Positions 1 through 9,266 of a DNA stretch of 64,000 nt are shown one piece after another. The translations under genes were made by a program, and so were the position numbers. How positions within the stretch are numbered: the first letter of the stretch is position 1; each line of letters begins with the position of its first letter. Source of the stretch: an uncultured Nitrospiraceae bacterium (GTDB lineage: Bacteria > Nitrospirota > Thermodesulfovibrionia > Thermodesulfovibrionales > Dissulfurispiraceae); the NCBI GenBank assembly GCA_963727805.1, contig CAVSHF010000003.1, positions 2,144,001 through 2,208,000 on the forward strand, written 5' to 3'. A model generated the notes under the pieces. The model saw nothing but the letters and a program-made list of their open reading frames with translations, did not search any database and was not told where the DNA came from.

Positions 1-112
1 AAATCTCATCTCCTGGCTTAACGTCCATTACGCCATTTGACGCCGCGAAAGCAACCACTGCGATAGCCACAGCAACAAAAACTGCCAAAAGAGTAACTGT
101 CGATTGTTTCAT
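1..112 (-). CDS. N-terminus of a secreted protein, running off the window edge
   Basis: Manual translation MKQSTVTLLAVFVAVAIAVVAFAASNGVMDVKPGDEI gives a signal peptide. Strong SD (AAGGAGGAGG) upstream. Not in the ORF track. Confidence 0.7.
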   Translation of the reverse strand, partial: MKQSTVTLLAVFVAVAIAVVAFAASNGVMDVKPGDEI

Positions 113-126
113 CTTCCCTCCTCCTT

Positions 127-354
127 TTATTTGTGCTTCAAAGACTTCATCTGTTCGCCGCAACAGATTATGTCACAAAAATCGACGCACCCGCACACCT
201 CGTTGACGGTTACGGCAAGGCCGCAGACGCCACATTGGTAATGGCCACCCACTTTGAGATCTTTCTGCTTCTTCGGTGATGCCTTTTTCACAAGCTTTTT
301 GGGCTTGGTCTCCTTTGCTTTCTGTGCAGTTGATATCTTTTTCTTTATTGCCAT
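127..354 (-). CDS. Small protein with Lys-rich N-terminus and desulforedoxin-like Cys-rich C-terminus
   Basis: YQCGVCG...IICCGEQM resembles the desulforedoxin CxxC...CC pattern. SD GGAGGT upstream. Confidence 0.7.
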   Translation of the reverse strand: MAIKKKISTAQKAKETKPKKLVKKASPKKQKDLKVGGHYQCGVCGLAVTVNEVCGCVDFCDIICCGEQMKSLKHK

Positions 355-468
355 CTTACCTCCGTGTTATGAGCTATTTCATATCAATATATCAACTTTT
401 ATGATCGTTGCATATACCGCATAATTACATTGGGATCAGATACCTTAGTGTGCCCGAAAGACTACTCG

Positions 469-1074
469 TTAGAAAGCGAAATCACAATCCGCATGCCTGC
501 AGCTCTTTGCAGCCTTGATAACCTTTTCTGCTGAACCAATTCCAAGCGCCATCATTTCCCGCATCTGTATCTGAAAGATCTGGGCGGCAAAGAAGGCATC
601 TGCGGCGGCATTATGCCGGTAATATTGTTTCAGGCCATAAGTTGCGATCATACCGTCAAGGCTTAAATCCCGTTCGTCAGCTTTCCGTTTTCGCCTTAGC
701 CAGCGTTCTACCATTGCTATATCTATAAGATCTCTTTTGAATCTCACTCCCAATTCCTTGAAGTTTGTTTTCAAAAAAGTGAAATCAAACTCAATAGTAT
801 GCCCAACGAGGATACCATCCGATATCTTCAGAATGCGCTCCGAAACCTCTTCAAATTCCGGTGCATCCTTAAGATTATCCTTGCTTATACCATGGAACTT
901 CATTGCCTTGTAGTCATAACTCTTAGGGTTAATCAGGGTGTAAAAAGTATCTCGAACAAGGATTTTCAAATTAATAATGGGGACACAGGCAAAAGATATA
1001 ATCTCGTCTTTGTCGAAGTCTAATCCTGTGGTTTCAATGTCAATGGCATAAAATTTGGCAGTTCTCAGATCCAT
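469..1074 (-). CDS. DEDDh 3'-5' exonuclease (DNA pol III epsilon-like)
   Basis: Motifs AIDIETTG, GHTIEFD, HNAAADA. Confidence 0.9.
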   Translation of the reverse strand: MDLRTAKFYAIDIETTGLDFDKDEIISFACVPIINLKILVRDTFYTLINPKSYDYKAMKFHGISKDNLKDAPEFEEVSERILKISDGILVGHTIEFDFTFLKTNFKELGVRFKRDLIDIAMVERWLRRKRKADERDLSLDGMIATYGLKQYYRHNAAADAFFAAQIFQIQMREMMALGIGSAEKVIKAAKSCRHADCDFAF

Positions 1075-1092
1075 AAAACTATGTCTTCTATC

Positions 1093-2910
1093 CTATAGTT
1101 GACTATAAACGATAGTTCGACTAACACCATACTTTTTCATCAGAAACTTCTGAAATTCAGAGACGATCTTGAGTGACTCCTTTAATATGAGCAAGTCGAC
1201 TTTCGATAGTTCCTTTCCGGTAACCAGGTTATTCATAGGGGACTGATTCAATACCGCCCGCGCATGATGTCTCAGCCTTAGATCCTGTAAAAAACCATAC
1301 GACTCGATGAGATCGTGGCACATTTCATTGCTGATCGTCGTATTGGCACTCAGCGCCTCCAATCGCTCCTTGGTGTTGGTTATCCCCCAAACCCCAGTGT
1401 CTATAGAGAGGACTCTTGCGCCGTTAACAATAGGATAAATCCCATAGGTCTTTAGGTCCACCCCTTGATGCAGACCCAGGATCCCGAATATTCCAAGAGG
1501 CGGCTTGAGTTCAATGGCATCCTCAGCCATCAGCTTTATGGCCTCGGCTTTTACTTCCAGCTTAATCGATTCCAGCAAGTCATTGTATAAGGCTATCTCT
1601 CCGTATACCGGTCTCATGTCCAGAAACACGGAAAGGTATCGGAGATGGTAAGGAATTGGTTCTGAAAACCACTGCTTGAAGTATTCTTTCCATACTGGCA
1701 AGGGCTGATTCCACATTGTGTTGGATGCCATATAATTTCCGAGGCATTTAGGGATGCCAATATTGGCCAGTGATTCATTGATATCATTGGCTAATGCTGC
1801 GGGATTGTCTCCCACATAGATTAAGGCATTGTCCTGGTCGGTTGCGATGATCTCTTCTTTTCTACCGGAACTGCCCATATTAATCCATAAGAACTGTGCC
1901 TGGGCATGTTTACCGATAAGAATCTCAATGACCTTGGCCACTGCGGCATCATGAACAGAGCATAACATCCTGGTCAAGTCGAAGAAATTAGGACCTGTCA
2001 TCGCAATCTTTGAGACTGATACCTTGAGACCGTCAAAGGCGGTTTTAAGCTCTTCGATAGAGGCTGCACGGTGGATTTTTCTGAACAGTTTGACTATGGA
2101 GAAAGAGGGTTCCAGATGGATCTGAATATCTTTCCTGGTGATTACACCAAAGACTTTATCCTCTTTCGTCACGACGAGGTGGTCTATTCCAGCATCAATC
2201 ATTTTTGTGAAGGCATCGAATATGGTGGCCTGCACATTGATTGTCTTAACCGGAGATGACATAAACTCAGTAATCAGGTCCAATCGGTCACCCTGGATTA
2301 ATACCTTCCTCAGGTCCTTATGGGTCAATATGCCGATCGGCTTTGCATCGTTGTCTATAATGACAATTGAACTAACCGAATTCTTATCCATCTCAGAGGC
2401 TGCACCGGCTATTGTCAGTCCAGGGCTGCAAACAACAGGCTGTTTATATATTATCCTCTCAACCTCCAAAACGAATGAGGCCTCCTCAAGGATCTTTTTG
2501 TCTGACGCTATGGTCTTAAATGATCGGAATCTTCGATTGAGTAAAGTAGAAAAATACGATGCAAACCTTTCACTTGCATCGAAGACTGTCTTGAATTGTC
2601 GGTAATCCACTGCATAGCAGACAGTATCCTCAATTGCATTGGCAGTCGAATTCAATGGATGCCCAAAAAGTGACACGACGCCGAAGATTTCACCTCTCGT
2701 GAGGTAATCTACTACCGCATCGTCATCATAGAGGCCGACAAGTCCGGAGAAAATCACATAAACATATTCAGAGGTCTGACCCTTTTTATAAATTGTTTTC
2801 CCCTTTTCAAACAACTCGACTTCTAATCCGGATATTATGATGTCCAGATCATCTTCTGACAAAAAGGAAAAGGGGTGGATCTTGCGTATAAACTCTCGGG
2901 GGGGGATCAT
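1093..2910 (-). CDS. cNMP-binding/CBS/DUF294 putative nucleotidyltransferase
   Basis: N-terminal cNMP-like domain, CBS pair, GSSGRKE..TDQDNAL nucleotidyltransferase motif, DLK..GIYPIV C-terminal domain. Confidence 0.9.
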   Translation of the reverse strand: MIPPREFIRKIHPFSFLSEDDLDIIISGLEVELFEKGKTIYKKGQTSEYVYVIFSGLVGLYDDDAVVDYLTRGEIFGVVSLFGHPLNSTANAIEDTVCYAVDYRQFKTVFDASERFASYFSTLLNRRFRSFKTIASDKKILEEASFVLEVERIIYKQPVVCSPGLTIAGAASEMDKNSVSSIVIIDNDAKPIGILTHKDLRKVLIQGDRLDLITEFMSSPVKTINVQATIFDAFTKMIDAGIDHLVVTKEDKVFGVITRKDIQIHLEPSFSIVKLFRKIHRAASIEELKTAFDGLKVSVSKIAMTGPNFFDLTRMLCSVHDAAVAKVIEILIGKHAQAQFLWINMGSSGRKEEIIATDQDNALIYVGDNPAALANDINESLANIGIPKCLGNYMASNTMWNQPLPVWKEYFKQWFSEPIPYHLRYLSVFLDMRPVYGEIALYNDLLESIKLEVKAEAIKLMAEDAIELKPPLGIFGILGLHQGVDLKTYGIYPIVNGARVLSIDTGVWGITNTKERLEALSANTTISNEMCHDLIESYGFLQDLRLRHHARAVLNQSPMNNLVTGKELSKVDLLILKESLKIVSEFQKFLMKKYGVSRTIVYSQL

Positions 2911-3535
2911 GCGTTTAATTTAACGGCAGTTTCAAAAATATTCATCAGCAAGGTCACCTGCATTAACTCCTGATGTACATTCCTACCAAGTCAAAGTGCT
3001 CGTCACTGTATCAAACACTTATCTCAACAATCTATTGATGTTATCTTACCATAACATCAGAAGATCCTCTGCGCAGAATCGTGAACCCTAGTAGAATCCA
3101 GACATATGGTGTATTAAGGGCGAGCACCTGAAAATAAAGTGCCATCGTGCCATTCTTCATAGTTCAAAGCGCGACCGATAAACTATATGGGAACAGAACG
3201 ATGGCAGAAAAAAGTGTAGCTTTTTCGGAAAAGTTTCGTAAATACCTTAAAGGAGCGGGCCAAGTCCTGTCAAGAGGTGTATTAGTGAACATGCCTTTCA
3301 CCGAGTCTATTCATGATTATGAAGGCAACTCCTGGGCTGCTTCCTTGATCGATTCCAGCGTCATATAGTGCTTGCATATCATCCATGCCTTGGTCTGGTC
3401 AGGCAATACAAATCCAACAAAATGGAAGCAATCTACGCAGACTCTTTTTAACGTATTCAAAAATAGACAGTGAGCATTGTATGATAGGAAGATCAGTCTG
3501 CCACAAAATAATTGGATTGCAAGAGGAGATCCACA

Positions 3536-3826
3536 ATGACAAAGATCGCAGTGCTCACGTCAATATTAGCCTTACTCATAGCCTTCTTTTCATCATCAGC
3601 CTTTGCTGATAAAGTTACTCCAATCAATTCCTGCACAAAACCGCATCATCCCTATAAATTCAAGAGTGAATCTGAGGTAAGTGAATATAAGGCGCAGGTT
3701 GAGAGCTACAAGAAGTGTATAAATGATTTTATCGAAGAACAGAATCAGGCTATTGAAAAACACAGGGCCGCGATAAACCAGGCGATAACTGAATGGAATT
3801 TTTTTGTGAATACGGAACTACGTTAG
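3536..3826 (+). CDS. Hypothetical secreted protein
   Basis: MTKIAVLTSILALLIAFFSSSAFA signal peptide. SD GAGGAG before ATG 3536. Confidence 0.7.
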   Translation: MTKIAVLTSILALLIAFFSSSAFADKVTPINSCTKPHHPYKFKSESEVSEYKAQVESYKKCINDFIEEQNQAIEKHRAAINQAITEWNFFVNTELR

Positions 3827-3884
3827 CACACCACCTTTTAACTGTCTTGCTGGCGATGATTTTATATGGGGTTGGGAATATTTC

Positions 3885-4427
3885 TCATGCTGTTTTTTCA
3901 TCCCAAACAGCACTCGATTTCAGCCTGCAAATAATTGATGCAGTGTCCTGATAGACATATATCTTTTCAATGCCATTAGGAAGATCTTCTTTCAATTCTT
4001 GTAAAAGCTCATAAATACGAGGATCACAGTTCTTACTAAAATTGATATAGATAACTCCTGCATAGCATTTATAGACCAACGCTTTTTCAATCAATTCCTT
4101 TAGACATTCCCCTCCCTTGCCGGACAGGGATGAGGTTATCTTTGCTATGGAAGAAATAGTATCATGAGAATGCATTCCCACCAACAAATAGGGCTTCCCC
4201 TCATATTTTGCGATGTAATAAACCCTCTCACTCGCGGGCAAAGCCCAGAGCAGACGTTTGCGCCGCGTGGTCTTTTTTTCTTCGGAAAGCATCCTTTCCT
4301 TTTCACCATCAAATGATATAAGAAAACCTCTAAAAGCTTCTCCTCCCTCCTTCTGTAGGTCCTTTATCAATTGGTCCGCTTCGATCTGCGATAACATTTT
4401 GATAGTTATAGCCCTCTTTTTCCCCAT
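3885..4427 (-). CDS. Hypothetical protein
   Basis: 180 aa ORF in an AT-rich stretch. No recognised family. Confidence 0.55.
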   Translation of the reverse strand: MGKKRAITIKMLSQIEADQLIKDLQKEGGEAFRGFLISFDGEKERMLSEEKKTTRRKRLLWALPASERVYYIAKYEGKPYLLVGMHSHDTISSIAKITSSLSGKGGECLKELIEKALVYKCYAGVIYINFSKNCDPRIYELLQELKEDLPNGIEKIYVYQDTASIICRLKSSAVWDEKTA

Positions 4428-4640
4428 ATTCTAATAATACTGCACAAGCGACAAATATTTACAGTTTTTTAGTCTCCATGCCGAGAAGAAGTCAGCGTAA
4501 GCCTGCTCATCTCAAACGATCGTATTGTTACCTCCTTTTACGAGTATTCGCCCATTCCATTGATTCAAGTTGGTTAATCTCTGTCGTCTCACCTGCTGGC
4601 AACAAGACTGTTTGATCTTTCCCGATTTCGTGCTATCCTA

Positions 4641-4973
4641 ATGAAAGACATGGAAGAGAATTTCGATACCGCTGAACCTGTTGAACTTTCTATTGACGGG
4701 ACACTCGACCTTCACACCTTCAATCCTCGCGAAGTAAAGGAGTTACTGCCTCACTATCTCGATACTTGCAGGGGAAAAGGTATATACGAAGTACGTATCA
4801 TTCACGGAAAAGGGACGGGGATGCTGAGAGAGACTGTTCATTCTATTCTCAGGCAACTGCCGGGGATTCTTTCGTTCGGACTCGCGGGTGAAAATGCGGG
4901 TGGATGGGGCGCGACTATTGTACAGCTTGAACCCGTTTCCTCCCAGCATGCAACGATAGAAAAGAACAGCTAA
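4641..4973 (+). CDS. Stand-alone Smr/MutS2 C-terminal domain protein
   Basis: LDLHTF...IIHGKGTG...GGWGAT motifs. Confidence 0.9.
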   Translation: MKDMEENFDTAEPVELSIDGTLDLHTFNPREVKELLPHYLDTCRGKGIYEVRIIHGKGTGMLRETVHSILRQLPGILSFGLAGENAGGWGATIVQLEPVSSQHATIEKNS

Positions 4974-5011
4974 TCTCCAATATTCTACTATTCATTTCGG
5001 GGAGGAATCAT

Positions 5012-5674
5012 TTAATGAATCTCCGGCAGATGGATCGCCCTATCCTTCATTACCAGCAAGCGGTCGGCTAGCCTGCCTGCCTGTTCCTTGTCGTGTGTGG
5101 TCATAATGACAGCTACCAATCTTTCCTGTTTCATTTTGAGGATGATGCCCTCAATAACCTCAGTATTCCTCTGATCGACGGATGCGGTCGGCTCGTCGAG
5201 AAACAGGATTTCGGGCTCTATCACCAGCGCCCTAGCAATCCCCAGTCGCTTGGTTTCACCGCTCGAGATGGTCAATGCATTCTGATCCTTCTTGTGCAAT
5301 AGACCCACAAAATCGAGCACCTTATCCACTCTCCCTTTTGCTTCGCGCCCGTCGATTCCCCGCAATAACAGCCCGAATGCGGCATTCCTGAATACGGTCG
5401 CATTGAAGACACCTACCTTCGGCAATAAAAGTGTTATCCTCCTTTTTAGGGTAAGATCATGATTTAGCATATGCCCATCAGAAAAATAGTTGACTTGACC
5501 GCTGTCCGGAGACTCAATAAGAGCACATATTCGTAAAAATGTAGATTTGCCCGAACCGTTCGGCCCCGTTAACACGTAGATGCCGCTCTCATCGAAGGAG
5601 AACGAGCAGTCCTTCAGTACCCCGTTTCCGTTATAGCTTTTGTTGATATTCGATACCGTCAGTCTCAAGCTCAT
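5012..5674 (-). CDS. tupC: Tungstate ABC transporter ATP-binding subunit
   Basis: Walker A GPNGSGKS, signature SSGE, LFLDEPT. Follows tupB. Confidence 0.85.
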   Translation of the reverse strand: MSLRLTVSNINKSYNGNGVLKDCSFSFDESGIYVLTGPNGSGKSTFLRICALIESPDSGQVNYFSDGHMLNHDLTLKRRITLLLPKVGVFNATVFRNAAFGLLLRGIDGREAKGRVDKVLDFVGLLHKKDQNALTISSGETKRLGIARALVIEPEILFLDEPTASVDQRNTEVIEGIILKMKQERLVAVIMTTHDKEQAGRLADRLLVMKDRAIHLPEIH

Positions 5675-6378
5675 CGGGTGACACCTACCATCCCTTTTTT
5701 CTGGATAATATGAAGCGCTGTATTTATCATTAAGGAAATCGCGAGCAAAATGATGCCAAGTGCAAGAGCAAGTTCAAAATTCCCTTTATCCGTCTCGAGG
5801 GCGATAGTTGTCGTCATGACTCTGGTGTACCCGGCGATGTTGCCGCCAACGATGAGTATAGCGCCGACCTCAGCCATTACCCTGCCAAAGGCGGCTATGA
5901 TGGCGGACATTATTCCGTACCGTGCCTCCCTGACAACGGTCAACGAAACCTGCAGAGGGGTTGCCCCGAGGGTCCTTGCCGCCTGCCTTATGATCGGGTC
6001 CACGCCTGCAATGGCGGCATGGCAAAGGGCACCCACAATGGGAAAGGCGAGAATGCTCTGGGCAACAATCATCGCGCTAGGCGTATACAAAAGAGACAAG
6101 AATCCGAGAGGACCGCTTCTCGACAGCAGCAGATAAACAACAAGCCCGACTACTACGGGAGGGAGGCCCATGAAAGTGTTCAGTATAGTAATGGCTGCAC
6201 CTCTCAAAGGGAACTTCGTGAGCCCGAGCAGGGCACCTAGCGGAAGCCCGATACTGGTTGCGACAAGAAGAGCGGTGCCTGAAACCCTGATGGATAGAAG
6301 AATGATGCCGAGCAATTCAGCGTCGAGATGCAGAATGAGCGATAAAGCCTGTGAAAAACCGTCTATGATTGACGACAT
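5671..6378 (-). CDS. tupB: Tungstate ABC transporter permease
   Basis: NTFMGLPPVVVGL..LLSRSGPLG and EVGA..IVGGNI..TRVMTTTIALET motifs. Confidence 0.9.
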   Translation of the reverse strand: MSSIIDGFSQALSLILHLDAELLGIILLSIRVSGTALLVATSIGLPLGALLGLTKFPLRGAAITILNTFMGLPPVVVGLVVYLLLSRSGPLGFLSLLYTPSAMIVAQSILAFPIVGALCHAAIAGVDPIIRQAARTLGATPLQVSLTVVREARYGIMSAIIAAFGRVMAEVGAILIVGGNIAGYTRVMTTTIALETDKGNFELALALGIILLAISLMINTALHIIQKKGMVGVTR

Positions 6379-6450
6379 GCTATAGGATAATCAGAATAGG
6401 GGACAGCAGTCCAATAACATACTGTCTGCCACCCCCTGTCGATTTTTCTC

Positions 6451-7275
6451 TTATTTCGCGTTCGGGATAAAGAGCGGATTGCCGTTCTTATCCTTAAAAG
6501 AAGCGATAGCCTGCTGGCCTTCCCTAGATATGAGCCAATTAATGAATTCCATCGCCTTTTTATACTTCACATGCTTGTACTTTGCAGGATTAACCGCCAT
6601 GATGCCATACTGGTTGAACAGGGTCGGATCACCCTCAAGCACGATCGCCATTTCGAGCCTATCCTTGTCCTTTGTCGCCAGTCAGGTGCCCCTGTCCGTA
6701 AGCGTGTATGCACGCTTCTCATCGGCAATCCTCTGGGTCTTCTCCATGCCCTGCCCCACTTCGAGATACCATTTCTGGCCCTTGGGTTCTATTGTTGCCT
6801 TCTTCCAAACGGAAAGCTCTTTAGTGTTGGTTCCCGAGTTGTCTCCGCGAGAAATGAACGTCGACGATGCCGCTATCTTCTTAAATGCCTCGACTGACGA
6901 CTTCATGCCTCTTATCATGGCCGGATCATCGGAAGGGCCTATGATTACGAAGTCGTTGTACATGACATCGTGGCGGTTGACAAAAAATCCTTCCTCAACG
7001 GCCGTTAACTCCTGCTCTCTGGCGTGGACAAAAGCGACATCTGCATCGCCTCGTTTGCCCATTTCAATGGCGGCTCCCGTGCCACGGGCGACTACCTTCA
7101 CTTTTATGCCGCTCTTCTTTTCGAATATGGGCAGGATGTAATTGAATAGCCCTGAATTCTCTGTGCTCGTCGTCGATGAACAGATTATTTCCTTATCAGC
7201 GGCAAATGAACCAGACCAGCCGCATATCCCCATTGCTGTAACGAGGACTACCAATGCAAGCAACTTTCTCATCAC
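6451..7275 (-). pseudogene. tupA: Periplasmic tungstate-binding protein with in-frame TGA at 6682-6684 (nonsense allele or recoded)
   Basis: Track ORFs 6682-7275 and 6451-6651 are one frame: YTLTDRGT*LATKDKDRLEMAIVLEGDP. Signal peptide and STTSTENSG, SRGDNSGT motifs present. Confidence 0.8.
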
Positions 7276-7462
7276 AGATATTTTCTCCTATCGTTATTGG
7301 GCCACACCTTTGTTCTCTTTACAGAGACGGCACCCTCCATAACTCTCAATCTTTTCATCAGGGCAGAGTCTGGTAATATAGATCCTTGCTCCATTGCAAG
7401 CCTCGCATATGGTTTTCCTACCGCAAAGGCCACCAGCTTACCATTGATCGTCACATTTACTA

Positions 7463-8242
7463 TTATTGACCTTTTTCCCGCAGGGGTACTGCATCGGGCT
7501 GGAAAAGACAGGCTCCGTGTTTGATGTAATTTGCAATGATACCCTGCCCATCTCGCGAAGTGACAAATGCGATAAAGTCCATGGCCTCTCTGTATTTGAC
7601 ATTGGGAAACCTTACAGGGTTGATGGCTATAACGCTATATTGATTCCTGAGAGCCGGATCACCCTTGAGGAGCACCTTGAGTTTGATTTTCGATTCATAA
7701 TTAAGAAATGTCCCCATGTCAGCAAGAATATATGACTTCTGTTTGTTAGCTACCAGCAGAGCATCTCCCATTTTGCTTCCAGTTTCAAAGTACCAACTCT
7801 TGCCTTTCGGATTGATTCCCGCATCGTCCCAGATATCCAGCTCTTTTATATTAGTGCCCGAATCGTCACCTCGCGACACGAAGGGAAAACCTGTTTCGGC
7901 GATCAACTCGAATGCTTCTACCGCTTTTTCAACCTCCTTAATACCTGCCGGGTCTTTGGAGGGGGCAAGGATAACAAAAGAATTATGCATAACAGTCCGT
8001 CTGTTTGTGCCGTATCCTTCCGCCACAAATTTCTCTTCCCTGAAGGGGTCATGTACAAACAGCAGGTCCGCCTCCCCCTTCTTAGCCATCCTTAGCGCTT
8101 TACCCGTTCCGACGGCAATAACCTCGACGGTTACATTATACTTCGTCGATTTCTTGTATGCAGGGAGAAGTATGTCGAGGAGCCCCGAATTAAGAATACT
8201 CGTAGTAGATGCAATGACTAATATTGCCTTTTCTCGAATCAT
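7463..8242 (-). CDS. TupA-like tungstate/molybdate-binding protein without signal peptide
   Basis: ASTTSILNSGLL, GTGKAL, SRGDDSGT, NQYSVIAINP motifs. An in-frame stop two codons upstream excludes an N-terminal extension. Confidence 0.85.
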   Translation of the reverse strand: MIREKAILVIASTTSILNSGLLDILLPAYKKSTKYNVTVEVIAVGTGKALRMAKKGEADLLFVHDPFREEKFVAEGYGTNRRTVMHNSFVILAPSKDPAGIKEVEKAVEAFELIAETGFPFVSRGDDSGTNIKELDIWDDAGINPKGKSWYFETGSKMGDALLVANKQKSYILADMGTFLNYESKIKLKVLLKGDPALRNQYSVIAINPVRFPNVKYREAMDFIAFVTSRDGQGIIANYIKHGACLFQPDAVPLREKGQ

Positions 8243-8277
8243 CCCTTAAACATACACAGCTATGCTTTTCAAGTCAA
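8243..8277 (-). promoter_or_regulatory. Sigma70-type promoter for the TupA-like gene, probably leaderless
   Basis: TTGACT(8277-8272)-17 nt-TATGTT(8254-8249)-6 nt-ATG(8242). Confidence 0.6.
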
Positions 8278-8321
8278 ATTGATTCCATTCATTAAAACGA
8301 TGTAATTCTTTGATGTTTAGT

Positions 8322-8357
8322 TTGACACCTTCTGCTGGACTCCTTAGAATAAGTCGC
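8322..8357 (+). promoter_or_regulatory. Sigma70-type promoter for lysR, probably leaderless
   Basis: TTGACA(8322-8327)-17 nt-TAGAAT(8345-8350)-7 nt-ATG(8358). No SD. Confidence 0.7.
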
Positions 8358-9263
8358 ATGGAAGACCACAGGCTGAAAGCATTCTGTCTCGTTTGTGAAA
8401 TGAAGAGCTTCTCGAAGGCTGCTGCCGCGAAGTTCATGACCCAGTCTGCCATGAGCCATCTCATAAAAAACCTCGAAGATGAACTCGGCATCAGGCTGCT
8501 CATCAGGCAGGGCAAGACGGTCTCTCCTACGCCTTCCGGCAGGCTTTTTTATGCTCATGCAAAAAAGATTCTCGACCAGTACAAAACGATGGAAGATGCC
8601 GTCTATTCCGCTATCAATATAGTCAAGGGACCACTAACTCTGGGGGCAACGACTACTATTTCGACTTATCTACTACCACAGGTGTTCTACCGCTTCTCGC
8701 GGAAGCATCCCGAAGTATCGATCGAACTCACTGTTTCAAATACCGAAAAGATTATTGACGATATCGAGAAGGGCATGATAGAGATGGGCATTGTCGAAGG
8801 AATCATGAAGAACCCTACAATCCATTCTGAGATTATTGCTGAGGATGAGATCGTGATAATCGTATCGGACGACAATCCCTTATCCATGAAGAAGACAATT
8901 ACTTGTCATGACCTCGCCACGCAGGTTTTTATAATGCCGGAGCCGGGTTCGGGGACGCGGGAATTGGTTGACACCTTTCTGCGGGAAATCGATATGCCCG
9001 CGAATGCCATAAAGATCTCGATGACGCTGGGCAGTCCTGAATTGATATTGCAGATGGTCAAATCGGGAGTGGGGATATCTTTCGTCTCAAAGTGGTCCGT
9101 GTTTCAGGCGCTGAAGGATGGATCGATTAAGCTTTTGCAGGTGCCAGGGAAAAGGCTCCGGAGAAAGTTCTATCTCATTAGCATTGGGAAAGAGCCGTCA
9201 ACGATAGCCGCAAAAACATTTTCGCACTTTCTCAAAGGATACCGGTTTTTCGCGCCCTTTTGA
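8358..9263 (+). CDS. LysR-family transcriptional regulator (CysL-like)
   Basis: HTH SFSKAA..FMTQSAMSHLIKNLEDELG and EPGSGTRE in the substrate domain. Start moved to ATG 8358. Confidence 0.9.
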   Translation: MEDHRLKAFCLVCEMKSFSKAAAAKFMTQSAMSHLIKNLEDELGIRLLIRQGKTVSPTPSGRLFYAHAKKILDQYKTMEDAVYSAINIVKGPLTLGATTTISTYLLPQVFYRFSRKHPEVSIELTVSNTEKIIDDIEKGMIEMGIVEGIMKNPTIHSEIIAEDEIVIIVSDDNPLSMKKTITCHDLATQVFIMPEPGSGTRELVDTFLREIDMPANAIKISMTLGSPELILQMVKSGVGISFVSKWSVFQALKDGSIKLLQVPGKRLRRKFYLISIGKEPSTIAAKTFSHFLKGYRFFAPF

Positions 9264-9266
9264 TTT

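Noticed and set aside
6682..6684. Genome-wide UGA=Trp genetic code
   Set aside because: TGA terminates many intact genes here (for example kup, lexA, xseA), and Trp is encoded by TGG elsewhere.
7272..7454. 60 aa ORF between the tupA paralogues
   Set aside because: It has a GTG start, no clear SD and no family motif. The interval is better explained as a structured leader, although a small protein is not excluded.
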